NCBI RefSeq assembly: GCF_018350175.1
Contig: NC_058373.1
Span: 137,826,001 to 137,890,000 of the forward strand
Reading direction: 5' to 3'
Length of the DNA: 64,000 bases
Source of the DNA: Felis catus
Taxonomy: Eukaryota
Below the pieces are notes generated by a model. That model saw nothing but the letters and a program-made list of their open reading frames with translations. It searched no databases and was not told the DNA's origin. A program made the position numbers and the translations under genes. Shown here one piece after another: positions 35,370 through 46,903 of this stretch. Positions within the stretch are counted from its first letter, which is position 1, and every line of letters begins with the position of its first letter.

Positions 35370-38300
35370 AATGGTACAGCTCGACGTGAACGAAGCTTCC
35401 CAGGCACTTAGGCAGGACTCGTGGGCACCGGACAGCCTCTCCCCTTCTCTGTCCCTTGTTTGCTGGAAACGCATCCAGTCTCCCGCCCAGCCTCAGTGAA
35501 TCTTTGGGGAAGAGGTTCGGCAGAGACCCTGCGGCCCATTCAAACGTCCGACTTGTCCGTTTTCACGAGCTGTGATTTGCGTGTCCCCAGTTTGCCGGGT
35601 TGCTGACCAGGTGCACAGGCATGAAATGGCACACAGGAGAAGACGGTTCGGGGAGGGATTATCCGATTCCCCAGGGTTTCTAGGTGAGGCCTCAGTCCCA
35701 GGAAAACCCATAACCCCACAACCCTGTAGAAACGACTGGGGCATACTCAGTACCTTGGTTGGATCCTGGCTCCTGTGAGGTGACAGAGGCAGGTCACCCA
35801 GTAGAAAAGACTGGCTCACCCTCCCACACACCGGCGCCTAATTTGGGAAGGAAAGGAACGCAGACACCCTGGGAAAGGTGACCTTCCCAGTTAGGGCATT
35901 CGGCCAGGCTTTGGTGACACCTCCCTATTAAAATTGATGTTCCTTTTAATCAGCAGCGATGGGGGGGGGGAGGGATTGTTTCTTAAACGCTGCTAAAGAC
36001 GGTGACAGGTCCCAGGTGAGAAGGCAGGGCCCTGGCTAATTCTCCGTCGGGATGTCCCGAAGCCGAAAAGGGTTTCTGGGAGCCCCTCCCTGTGGGGAGG
36101 GCCTGTTTCCTGAGGTGGGTTGACGTGCATCTGGAAACCGCGAGTTGGCTGGCCCGTTGCCTGTAACTTCCTTTTCATTTCACGTGTCCTTCTGCCCCCA
36201 GAACCATTACTTTTGTAAGCAAAGCAGAAATGAAAGCTTCATATACCTCTCGGGCAGAGCGAGGGGGGAGGCTGCGTGCCAGCATCTGGCTCCTCGTTCG
36301 CCCCCCAAATGACTTCAAGTGAATCCACGCGATGCCCTTGCAGAGGAAAAGCACAACTATGTGTAGCACTCAAGGGGCCTAAAGCTCACTGAGGGATTCC
36401 ATGCGCCCTCCTGAAGGATGCAGAGTCCCCGGTAGATGCCAGCGAGGCACTTTGGGTGTGCAGCACGGCCCCCACCCCATGACTTTGGGGCGACATAGAC
36501 CTGGGGCCGGATTCGGCGGTGCCCACCGCGGAAGGTATTTAGCGTCTCTGGGGCTTGGCCCCCATCTGGAAAACGGGCTGGCTGTAGGGTTACGTGGGAA
36601 TGAATGCTGGTGTGGCCCTCCTCTCTTCCCGGAGGAGGAAACACCTTCCGGACTCACAGGAGCGGCCAGGAACATCCCGCCTTTCGCCAGTTCCGACCGC
36701 CTCACCGTCCAGCTGACCCGAGGGAGGGTCTTGACAGCGTGGGATGCCCGCGGGCTGGCACGTGAACAGCTGCTGTTTACCCGGTGCCAGGCACGCACGG
36801 GGGCACGGAGTGGGCCCCGCCTTCAAGTTCCACGGATGTCAACGTCTTTCATTTTATGGATGAGGAAACTGAGCCTCCGGGAGGAGGCGTCGGGCTAGAC
36901 AGGTGTTCATTTTTCCCGTCCAACATCGATTCCCGCTCCTTCTGATAATAATGCCCTGCCATCTTTGAGGGGACTGCCTCTTCCTCCTGATGGGCCGGAT
37001 GGTGGGATTGTCCATCGAGGTGCCCGCATCCTTTGGCCCAGGGGTGGATCTGGGACCCAGCTCAGCCCGTCGGAGGCTCTGTCTCTCAATCCCTAGAGTG
37101 TGCACCTCATGCACAGGGGTGAAATCTCTGAAGATGTCTGGGCCCGATTGGTCCCAGGAAAAAGGGTAGGATAGGGTGCTGAGAAGAACCCCTCATTGTT
37201 TCCTGCTGCCTAGACCGGTCCTTTGCCCCATCGTTACCCCCAGGCAGCCTGATTCTACCTTCAGAGTCTGGTCAATTCGGAGGCTCTCTTGGGCCTGGCC
37301 TTTTCTGCCTAAGTTGGCCAGATTGGTTTCTGTCACCTTCTGTCACAGCAGAAGGCTGCTGGGTGGCCAGTGGTCTTTCCACCACGCCGCGTGGCTGGCC
37401 CCAGGGTGGTCCTGCCACGGGGAGAGCCTGCTGAGGCGGGGAGAACAGCGTAAACACAGGCTGGAGACAGGAACACACGTGGCGTCATTGCCATGGGGCC
37501 GGCTCGGAGGCCAAGGTGCTGGAGAGTTCTGACCCGAGGCGGCGTGGGGTGCAAGCCCCAGCCTGGTTTGCAGTCCCGCCCCCGCCCCTGCCTGGAGGAC
37601 AAGTCACAGAGACGCCCGCCTCCTCAGCGCGCACTGGCCTGGACGAGGGCTGGGGCAGAGGCTTCAGAGTGAGGTCCGTCAGGTTCACGTTCTCGCCCTT
37701 GCACTGAACTCACGGCCTGTGTGACGCCAGACAAGGACTGAAAAGCGTGTCTGTTCCCTACTCTGCGAAAAGTGGGATTCACACCCCCTTCCCGCAGGCT
37801 GCGACGAGAGGGGGATGCTCCGTGTCCGGGAGCCTGCTTGGTCACCGCGTAGTCTCCTGTGCCCGTCCTTTTGCAGGCCGATGGATCTGAACCCCTTACA
37901 GGTGGTGACCCAGCAGCCCAAAGCGGCTTTGCACGATTCCTACACTAGCCTGCGGCCTACGCCCTTGAGGGTCTCCAGCAGCTACGGCCAGCCTCTTTTT
38001 TTCCTTGCAGGAACGTGTCCTTCTAGAGACTCGCTTTCCCAGACTCCTTTGTGGCTAGCAGTGGCCACATGACCAGCCCTGACCAATGAGATGACAGTAG
38101 AAGGGTCTCTCTCATCTTATTGGCCAAGGGGGGGCGATAACTATTGCCCTGAAAAGGGGCGAGACACTGTGGGTCAAGCCCCTTTTTTCCTACCTGAGGG
38201 TGTCATCACCGTGGGGAGACCATGTGCAGACAGGAGGCAGAGGCTGGCTTTGTGCCCCGAGCTTGGGATTTAAGGCTCTGGGGTCACTGTCCTAAAATCC

Positions 38301-41300
38301 CGAGTAGTTTTATCTTTGAATCTGTGTTTTGTAAGCCAAGTCCGCTGGGACGGCGGAGCATGGGCTGGACGCGTGGAGCCTTCTAGGTGTGGTTCTGCCC
38401 CCGGCTGCCACTCTACCTCCCCAGGAGGGGGTCTCAGCTGCCCTGAGTGCTCTGGGCCCCAGCCGGGTCACCGCAGGTCAGTCCCGTGATTGGCGGGAGA
38501 GGACCCCAGCAGCAGCTCAAAACACCACGACAGGTCGAGAAAGACACAAAAGAAAAAAAAATTATATTTTAGTGTTTTTTACAGCACTCTTACCCTGCTT
38601 TTCAGACAACGGGCCATTCATTTTCATTGCCCTGGTGCTTGCAGGCTGCGGAGCTGGCCCCGGCTGAGATGAGAGGCTGGAGGTGGCAGAGGCAAAGGAT
38701 GGAAAGACACTGGAGCCTCGACTGGTTGAGCTGTTAAGCCAGGTCTGGAAGAGCCCCCGCTCAGCTGTTGGCCAAGATAATGATCTTCACTGTTTAAGCC
38801 ACCGTCAAGTGGGCACCTTGTTACTTGCAGCCACAAGCCTCCTGACACAAAGCCATTTTATTTTTTGTTCTCAGGATGATGCGTGAGGGCCCCCACCGGC
38901 CGGCTGATTGACAGCACGCGAGACAGCAGCGCATGCGCACGTGTTGACCCTGACACGTGAGGACCCGCTCGGATCGCCAAGCAGCAGTTAGCCCGGGACT
39001 TTTTACTGACAGCAGTAACGACGTCGTGACCCCTTTTTAAAGGGCCATCTTACAGAATTCTGATGCCGGTATTACTTTCCTCCCTTTTCAGATGTGGAGC
39101 ATGAGGCTCAGAGAGGTTAAGTGGTTTGCTGAAGGTCACACAGCTCCTAAGCGTTGGAGGCGGAGATCAGATCCATATTTCCCGGCTAGAAAGGTGAGGA
39201 TCTTTCCGCTACGTCTCAGTCTCTCTTGAAGGAACAACTGGTTCCTTTACCATTTCGTCCTCTCATCCATCCCCGGAACCTGCCGGAATTGTCATATGCA
39301 TACTTTGTTGCTCTGGGGGCGGGGGGGGGGGGGGTCACTCTCTGGCTGCCTGTCTTCCTCAGGGCCCTTTCCCCAAAGTTGCTGCGGGGATAAGAAGGCA
39401 GTGAGTGGCCATCAAACACCCGCGGGGCCCTGTCCTTTGGCTCAGGGTCCGACATCCTGTCAAGATCCCCTTGGTTCTCATACCCGAAGGAGGTGTTCCT
39501 CTGACACACCATTGACATCCGCACCCCCTAATCAGGACCCGGAGGGCAGAGGGCTGATGCCCACCTCTGTGCCAAGGCACGGCAGCAGCCAGGGTGAGAG
39601 AGCCCCGAGGCCACCGGTCTTTCCCTTACAGGTCTCCAGAGCTCAGTTTCTCTCCCCGCACGTTTTCCAGGACCCCCGCTTCCTCTTTGCCCAGAGACCC
39701 TTCCCAGAATCCCCTTTTGCTTGTCTCTCGGCCAGTGGTAATCCGTGCTGAAGCCTGAGTCGCGGTCAGTGGAAACCCTCGGAATTCTCTTTGCCCTCCC
39801 ACCAGCCCCGTGGGACCCGCTCACCCCCGCTGTCAGGAATGCGCCTCGGGGGCACTTTGGGGGAAGCCAGGCAGCCCTTAATGGTAATAGTCCTAACTGC
39901 AGCCAATTTTCGGTAATTGATGGCATTTGCCAGGGCATTCCTGCCTGTCAGAGCCACTCCTTTATGCCGGCTTTGATCTCCACCAGTCTCCACCGGGAGA
40001 CAAAACACTGTTGTCATTTCCAATTACTGCAAGCGGCCGCGTGGCCTTGACCTTGCCACCGAAAGTCCCCAGCCTGCATGAGGCAAGCAGCAGCCACGGA
40101 GGGAGGCTGGGTGGCAGGTGAGGGGAGTCTCCAGGTCCATTCCTGGAGGCCAGGCCCTCTGGAAACCCAACTGACATTATATGAGCCGGAGGGCCTTCAG
40201 GGCGGAGGGCCGGGGGGAACGTGCTAGCGAATCATAAAGAGTACAGACAGGTTCCCGAGCACCGGTTTCTGCCAAGCACCTCTCTTCTCTCTAGAGCTCT
40301 CAGTGTGTCCCCTGCTAGGACGGACAGTTGTCCCCATTTTACAGAGGAGGATGCTGAGGCTTAGAGAAAAGCCATGGCTGGTGGGCGGGGGTGGGAGGGG
40401 GGCGTGGGGGGAGGGGGCCCAGCCCAGGTTTGCCTGGCTCTGGCCAGAGGTCTTTCCACATCACACAGCATCTTGGGTCTGCGGGTGAGAGGCAAGTTCC
40501 GTCTCCCCGACCTCGAGGACAGGAATGGGGTCTCCTTCGAATCCGTGCCTCCCACAGCGCCTAGTACAGAGCTGGCCGCGGTGTGAACCCTCAGCCAGGG
40601 GGATCCAAGCGTGGGGATGGGTCCTTGGCTTCTTTTTTCTACCACACTCACTTCTCAGGGGTGTCATCCTGTCCCATGTATCCAACTGCCTGTGCGATGT
40701 CCCCGCTGGATGTCTGACAGACACCCCCAGTTCACTACGGCCCCGACTGACCCCCTCGGGCTCCTCCCACACCGGCTTCTCCCGTGGTCTTCCGGCTCCC
40801 GGTCTTTGGGTTCTCTGGGATATTCTGTGGGTTTTACGTTTAAAACCAATTCCGCAACCCGACGATGTCACCCCACCTTCACCGCCAGCGTCACCTCTCG
40901 CTGAGATCATCGCAACTGCGCCCCGACTAATCTGCCATCTGTCCCTTGCTCCCCCGCTGCACTGCGGGCTCGGTCCGGCAGCTGGATGGATCCTGCGAAT
41001 AATTCAGATGTCATTGCTGTTCTGCTCCCACCGCCCTGCTGCTCGTCACTCCTCCCTGGGGAGATGCGCTGGGCTCGTTGACTTAGCGCCTGGCGTCCCT
41101 GAAAAGCCACTGCCCTGCTCCGTGGAATGATGAGGGCCCAGAGCTGGGGGCCATGGAAGCGCAGGGCAGGGGGGTTGATTCTGACCGCGGTATATACGGG
41201 AAGGCTTCCGGGAGGAGGTGTCATGGGTGCTAAGCTTTGAACCCTGAATCTATCTGTGGCGCCGTCCTGGACTTGAGACATGCAGAGAGCAGGGGCTGCA

Positions 41301-41474
41301 CGTGAACGCTGGTGAGTGTCGCTGAAGGCTGATCCCACCAAAGGCTGTAACCCAGCTTCCGGGCGTGCACGTATTCGCACCGCGGAATCTTCCCCAGGGC
41401 TCCTTCGGTGCGCTGACACTGGGCGGGCTCTTGGGATTCAATATCCTTGCTCCCTTTATGAAGCACGTATTCCA

Positions 41475-41674
41475 GGGGCGCCTGCGTGGCCCTGTTGGTT
41501 AAGTGTCCGGCTCTTTGATTTCGGCTCGGGTCGCGATCTCACAGTTCGTGAGTGCGAGCCCCGCATCCGGCTCTGCGCAGACAGTACGGAGCCTGCTAGG
41601 GATTCTCTCTCTCTCTGCTCCTCCCCGGCTCTCCCTTTCTCCCTGTCTCTCAAAAATAAATTAAAAAAAAAAAA
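41475..41674 (+). mobile_element. Older Can-SINE
   Basis: Head ggggcgcctgcgtggc. TSD core tattccag at 41468-41475 and 41679-41686. Confidence 0.92.
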
Positions 41675-43808
41675 CATATATTCCAGTGAGGTAGACAAGG
41701 AACAGGGATGCAAATGAGAAGGCTCTTTGGGAGTAGGACGAAGATTATTATTATTTAGTATGCAAAAATAAGTGCGGGCACCAGCTCCTTCCTGACCCAC
41801 TGGCACAAGTTCGAAAGACACAAATCACTTTTAATATTGGCTTGAACTAACGAGGGTCTGCCTCCGAAGCAAGAATTCCAAGTCAGCAGCAGCCCAGCCC
41901 TAACCACCATGCTCGGCTTTGTGAGCCCGGAGACAGACCCATGTGTGTTTCGTGAAGATATCCCTTCCTCCCCACGTGGTCCTGCAGGGCAAATCCTATT
42001 TTCCAGACCCAGGGAGGGGTCACAGGGTCACAGGGTCACAGTACCAGGATTCATACCAGATCCGTTTATCACCCCGGCGTCCGCTCTCAGCCTCCCCACG
42101 GGGCCACCAGCCTGGGAGGCTTGCAGAGCCGCAGAGAGATCACATGCGGATTTCCTTCTTTGGGGACGGAGTCAGGACCCATGGCCTCCCATCTTCGAGG
42201 TGGGTGAGCACCAGTCCCACCCGAAGGGCTTGTCCCCGCGGGTTTGTCCCGCCCTTCCCCCACTGCATTCCCTGCTGCTGCCATCCCAGCTGCAGGGCAT
42301 GCTCCCAGAGACCTTTGCGCTGCACTCGGGAAAGTTATTCACCAAGAAACTTTTTGCATCTTTCTGTTTCTCTTGCCAGAGGCTTGCGCATAAGTAATTC
42401 TGCAAACTGCTGCGCCAGTTCCTTGTAGAAACCTAAGCAGTTTTTATTCTTATTCTTCCTTCTATTTCAATTCCCTCTAAGTATTTCTGTGGCTACTTCC
42501 TCCCCCCCCCCCCACTTTTTTTTTTTTATAATTTATATCTTTATAACTATGCCCGCACCTGTATTTATAGCTGTACGTAGGTGCGATTCTCCTGCCTTTA
42601 TTTCAAAGGAGGCAGCACTCTAAACTACAATTGAAGACTGTCTGTTTATCCACCTAAGAAATCTCAGAAGTAATTCACAGCAAGCAGGTCAGGTTCAATG
42701 CGATGCCTCCCCCCAAATCAAATTCCAGACCCAGGAGCATGAGATAAGACTCGGAGTGCTGGGGAAGCTGGGGGGGGGGGGTTAAGCGCGGCCCTGACGG
42801 CCCCCAGCTCTGTACGTGTCTGCCCACCCCTCTCTGTGCAGAGGGACAGGTAATGCGGTGGAAACCATAAGGGCTTCGACATCAGCAGGACTGGGATTCA
42901 AATCCTGGCTCTGCCGGTTCTGTGGGCAAGCTCCTTAACTGCCCTGACTGCAGTTTCCTTGGTAAATAGTAACGATGATGATGTGTACCTTGCACGGGCG
43001 TGGGAGGATTGATGTCATAAAGCCCACGAAGGGCGGAGCACAGAGCCGGACACATAGCTGGCACTCAGCCCCCTCTGTGGACTGCGGGTAGACTCTGGAA
43101 ACATCAGGTGTGTGGGTGGCTTTTGGCAAACCCGCAACACTGCACTGAAGGGTTCTGCTCCCTGCCTGGGGCATGTTCTCTGGCAGCGAGGCCCCAGAAA
43201 GGGCTCCTGGAGGGATGAACTGAGCAAGTGTGCGCTTATGGGCACGCACTGGCTCACACCCAATCACCATCACGATGGAGAAGTTTTCCCAGGGGCTCGT
43301 GTGACAGCTTGTGGATTTTGCAGATTCCTTGCTTCTGTTTTTTTTTTTTTTCCTCCCCTCCGGCAACTTAGGAGTTGGTCACTCTGTGTTTCTGTGCCAG
43401 CCCCATCTTGGTAAGCAGGGGAAAGGACGTGACCTTTGAGTCAGTCTTTTCCTCCGTGTGCCAGCGACACTGTGCGTGGGGAGGAGGGCAGGGACACAAC
43501 AAGTATTTACTGAGTTCCTGGTTAGTGTCACTGTGCTAGATGCTGGAGATCCAGCAAAGACAAAATGTCTTGGAAGTATGGAAGACGGAATGAACAAATG
43601 CACGCATAGTTAGTAAGATGGCAGTGGCCGTAAGAGCTATAAAAAAATATAAAGCAGGGCAAGGGGATAAAAAGGAATGAAAGGAAGGCGTGGAACTCTG
43701 TTGATAGAGTGGCAAAGCAAAGACTCTGAAGAAGTGACATTTGAACAAAGAAGAGAATATTTAGGGGGAGAGCTTTTCGGGCAGAAGGTAATGATCCAGA
43801 GGTGCTGA

Positions 43809-44215
43809 ATTAGTCAGCTATTGCCCCACTAACGCTGCATAACAAGCATCCCCAAACTCAGCGGCTTAAGACAACAACTCTTTATTCTTGATGATCCCGC
43901 TGCAGGTCAGTTAGTGGTTGGCTGCTCCAGGGTGGTCCAGGGTGGTCTCGGCCAGGCTTGGCTCCGTGCTGCAAATCTTTGTTTCTCATCTTCTTTGGAT
44001 GCAGCACACTAGGGAGAAAACGTGTTCTCAATTTGGAGGCGGGAAGGCAAGAGGGGAAGCAGAAAGAGGGGAGCTATCGTAGAGCGTAGGCTTGGACCAA
44101 GCGCACTGAGGCTTCTACTGATATTTCGTGGACCAAAGCACATCACACAGGGAGGGGTGGTCAAGCTTAACACCAATGGGGCAGAGAAGTATGCTCTACC
44201 CCTAGCAGGTACAAC
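43809..44215 (-). mobile_element. MLT1K/L-like LTR nested in the L2
   Basis: attagtcagctattgcc...gctgcataacaagcatccccaaactcagcggcttaagacaacaa. Confidence 0.7.
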
Positions 44216-44499
44216 TGTGAAGTGCATAGACAGAAGGGTGAAGAATTGGGAGCAGTGGTGCTATTTACAAAAGATGGGCACCAGCTTCGTGTGTTTGAGT
44301 ATCAGCCACAGACCAGTGTGGCTAGCGCGAATGAAGTGCAGAACGGTAGGATTTGAGGCCAGTGACCTGGGCGGGGCTATATCATATATGGCCTTGATAA
44401 GAATTTCGATGAGTGTGATGAGAAGCCACTGGGGAGCTATGTGTCTTTCTTTTAATTCTAATCGAAGCAGAGTGCATTCGATAAAGTACACAAAAATTA

Positions 44500-45905
44500 A
44501 GTATACACATCAGGGATAAATGTTTCCATAGTGAAAGGTGAGTTTCACCTCTTTTGAACCATATATAAATGGAATTAGCATATATTTCTTTGTGCCTGTC
44601 TTCTTTTGATTGACCCTATCCGAGAGATTTATCCATATCCTTACATGCAGCAATTAGCTTCTTTTCTCCCTCACCACTATATAATGGTCCATTCTATACT
44701 ATCTCTTAAACTGTTTATCCCTTCTGTTGTTGATGAACATTTGAGTAGTTTCCAGTTTGGGGCTATTAGTAAAAATCCTGTTAATATTTTTGTTCATGGT
44801 TTTTGACACACGTATGGAAGCATTTCTGTTAGATACATACCTGGGAACATGTATGTATATATTCATTGGATATATGTATAGTCTAGGTTAGTAGGTATGA
44901 CCAAAAATGTGATTACTGGGCATATGCATTACAAGCGTCTTCTCCTCCTTTATGGCTTGCCTTTTGGCTCTTTTTAAAGGGTCTTTCGGTGAACAGAAGT
45001 TCCTGATTTAAATAAAATTCAATTTATCAGTCTTTTTCTTTGTATTCAGTTAAAGAAATCTTTGCTTACACAAAATCATAAAGATATCCCCCCTATGTTT
45101 TCTTCTAGATGCTTTATTATATTGTTTTCAACATTTAAGAACTTGTATTAAAAATATTTAATAGGGGCGCCTGGGTGGCTCCGTCGGTTGGGCGTCCGAC
45201 TTCGGCTCAGGTCATGATCTCACAGTCTGTGAGTTCGAGCCCTGTGTCGGTCTCTGTGCTGACAGCTCAGAGCCCAGAGCCTGCTTCGGATTCTGTGTCT
45301 CCCTCTCTTTCTGCTCCTCCCCTGCTCATGCTCTGTCTCTCTCTGCCTCGAAAAGAAATAAAAACATTAAAAAATATTTAATGAACTTACAAAATAGATA
45401 AGAAAAAGACAGACAAACCTATTTTTTTTAAATGAGCAAAATTATTGAAGACGATCTTCACAAAAGAGGACATCCAAAGGGCCAGTGAGCACATGAGAAG
45501 GTGTTCAACATCATTAGTCATCAGGGAAATTCAAATTCAAACTCTTTGAGATTCTACTACATATCCACCAGAGTGGCCAAAATGGAACAAAACAGAAAAT
45601 AGCAAGTGTTTATAAGGGTGTGCAGTAATCGATGGCAGAAGTGTATATTAAATACAACTTTTTGGAAATTTCCAGATGGTTTCTACTGAATCTATATCCT
45701 GTCCGTATACATCTCAGATGGGACCAAGTTGAGGGTCATCCTACAGATTTGTTGAAGACATGGAAGACAGGGAAAGAGTAAGAATTCATCCCAGATTGGA
45801 GGGAACTGGAAAGACATGAACACAAAATGCAAGGTGATATTTCTCATGACCAGACTCTATTCTGACAGTTTTGCTTCTTTTTGTATACTTTTAATATTTT
45901 TTCTT
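44500..45905. mobile_element. L1 mosaic with pieces in both orientations
   Basis: Antisense ORF2/3' UTR-like sequence at 44540-45140, a sense ORF2 C-terminal piece at ~45385-45690, then further fragments. Confidence 0.7.
45164..45369 (+). mobile_element. Can-SINE
   Basis: TSD aaaaatatttaat at 45150-45162 and 45370-45382. Confidence 0.95.
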
Positions 45906-46731
45906 GCTTTATTGCATTGGCTAGGGCATCATGTGAGAATTTTAAGCGGATGAGTGGCATGATATGATTTGCTGCTTTGAAAGATGACTCCCGTGGCTGT
46001 TTGAAGAACCGATGGGGCAGAGTTTGGCAGTAACGGGGCCAGTTAGGGGACCGTTGCTCATCCGGGCAAGAGATGATAGTGAGAGGAATCAGGGCAGGAG
46101 CAGAGAGGAGAGAAGTAATCAGAATTCAGAGGTATTTCAAAGGAACTGCCAGTAGAATTTCCAGTGTGAGGTACGAGGAGGAGAAAAGGGAGGCAAGAAC
46201 GATGATGCTAGGTTGTTGACGTGAACATTTGGATGAATGATGCTGTCATTTACTCAGATGGATGAGGCCAGGGGGCTGGGACAGGCTTAAGTGTGATGAG
46301 GTGAGCAGTGGGAATCAAGAATCTAAAGTGTGAGACATTCAAGAGAAGGGCAGGGTGTCCAACAGGCAGTTGGGTTTGTGAGTCTGAAGCTCAGAAGGGA
46401 GGACCAGCCTAGTGATAGATATTTTAGAGTCCTCAGGGCAAAGTGATATTCAGTGCCTTGAGAATGGACAAGGTCACTAATAGAGTGATTGTAGGAGGAG
46501 AGGAGGAAAGGAGAGGAGAGAGGAGACCCGAGGAGGGCAGGATCTAGAACGAGCAGCCAGCTAAGGAGAAGGAAAACCAAGAAAGTGTGGTGGCCCAGAA
46601 AGTAATGGAAGAAAGTGTTTAAAGCTGGAGGAAATAGTGATCAATTGTGTTAAATTCAGCCAAGAAGATGAGGATAAAAGTTGCCCATTGGATCGGGCAA
46701 ACTGGAAGTCTAAAGACTATTGACTCCAAGT

Positions 46732-46903
46732 CACCATCTCGCGGTCCGTGAGTTCGAGCCCCGCGTTGGGCTCTGGGCTGATGGCTCAGAGCCTGGAGCC
46801 TGTTTCCGATTCTGTGTCTCTCTCTCTCTCTGCCCCTCCCCCGTTCATGCTCTGTCTCTCTCTGTCCCAAAAATAAATAAAAATTTGAAAAAAAAAAATT
46901 AAA
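46732..46903 (+). mobile_element. 5'-truncated young SINEC_Fc
   Basis: Starts mid-head at caccatctcgcggtccgtgag. 20-bp TSD at 46712-46731 and 46904-46923 with one mismatch. Confidence 0.95.
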
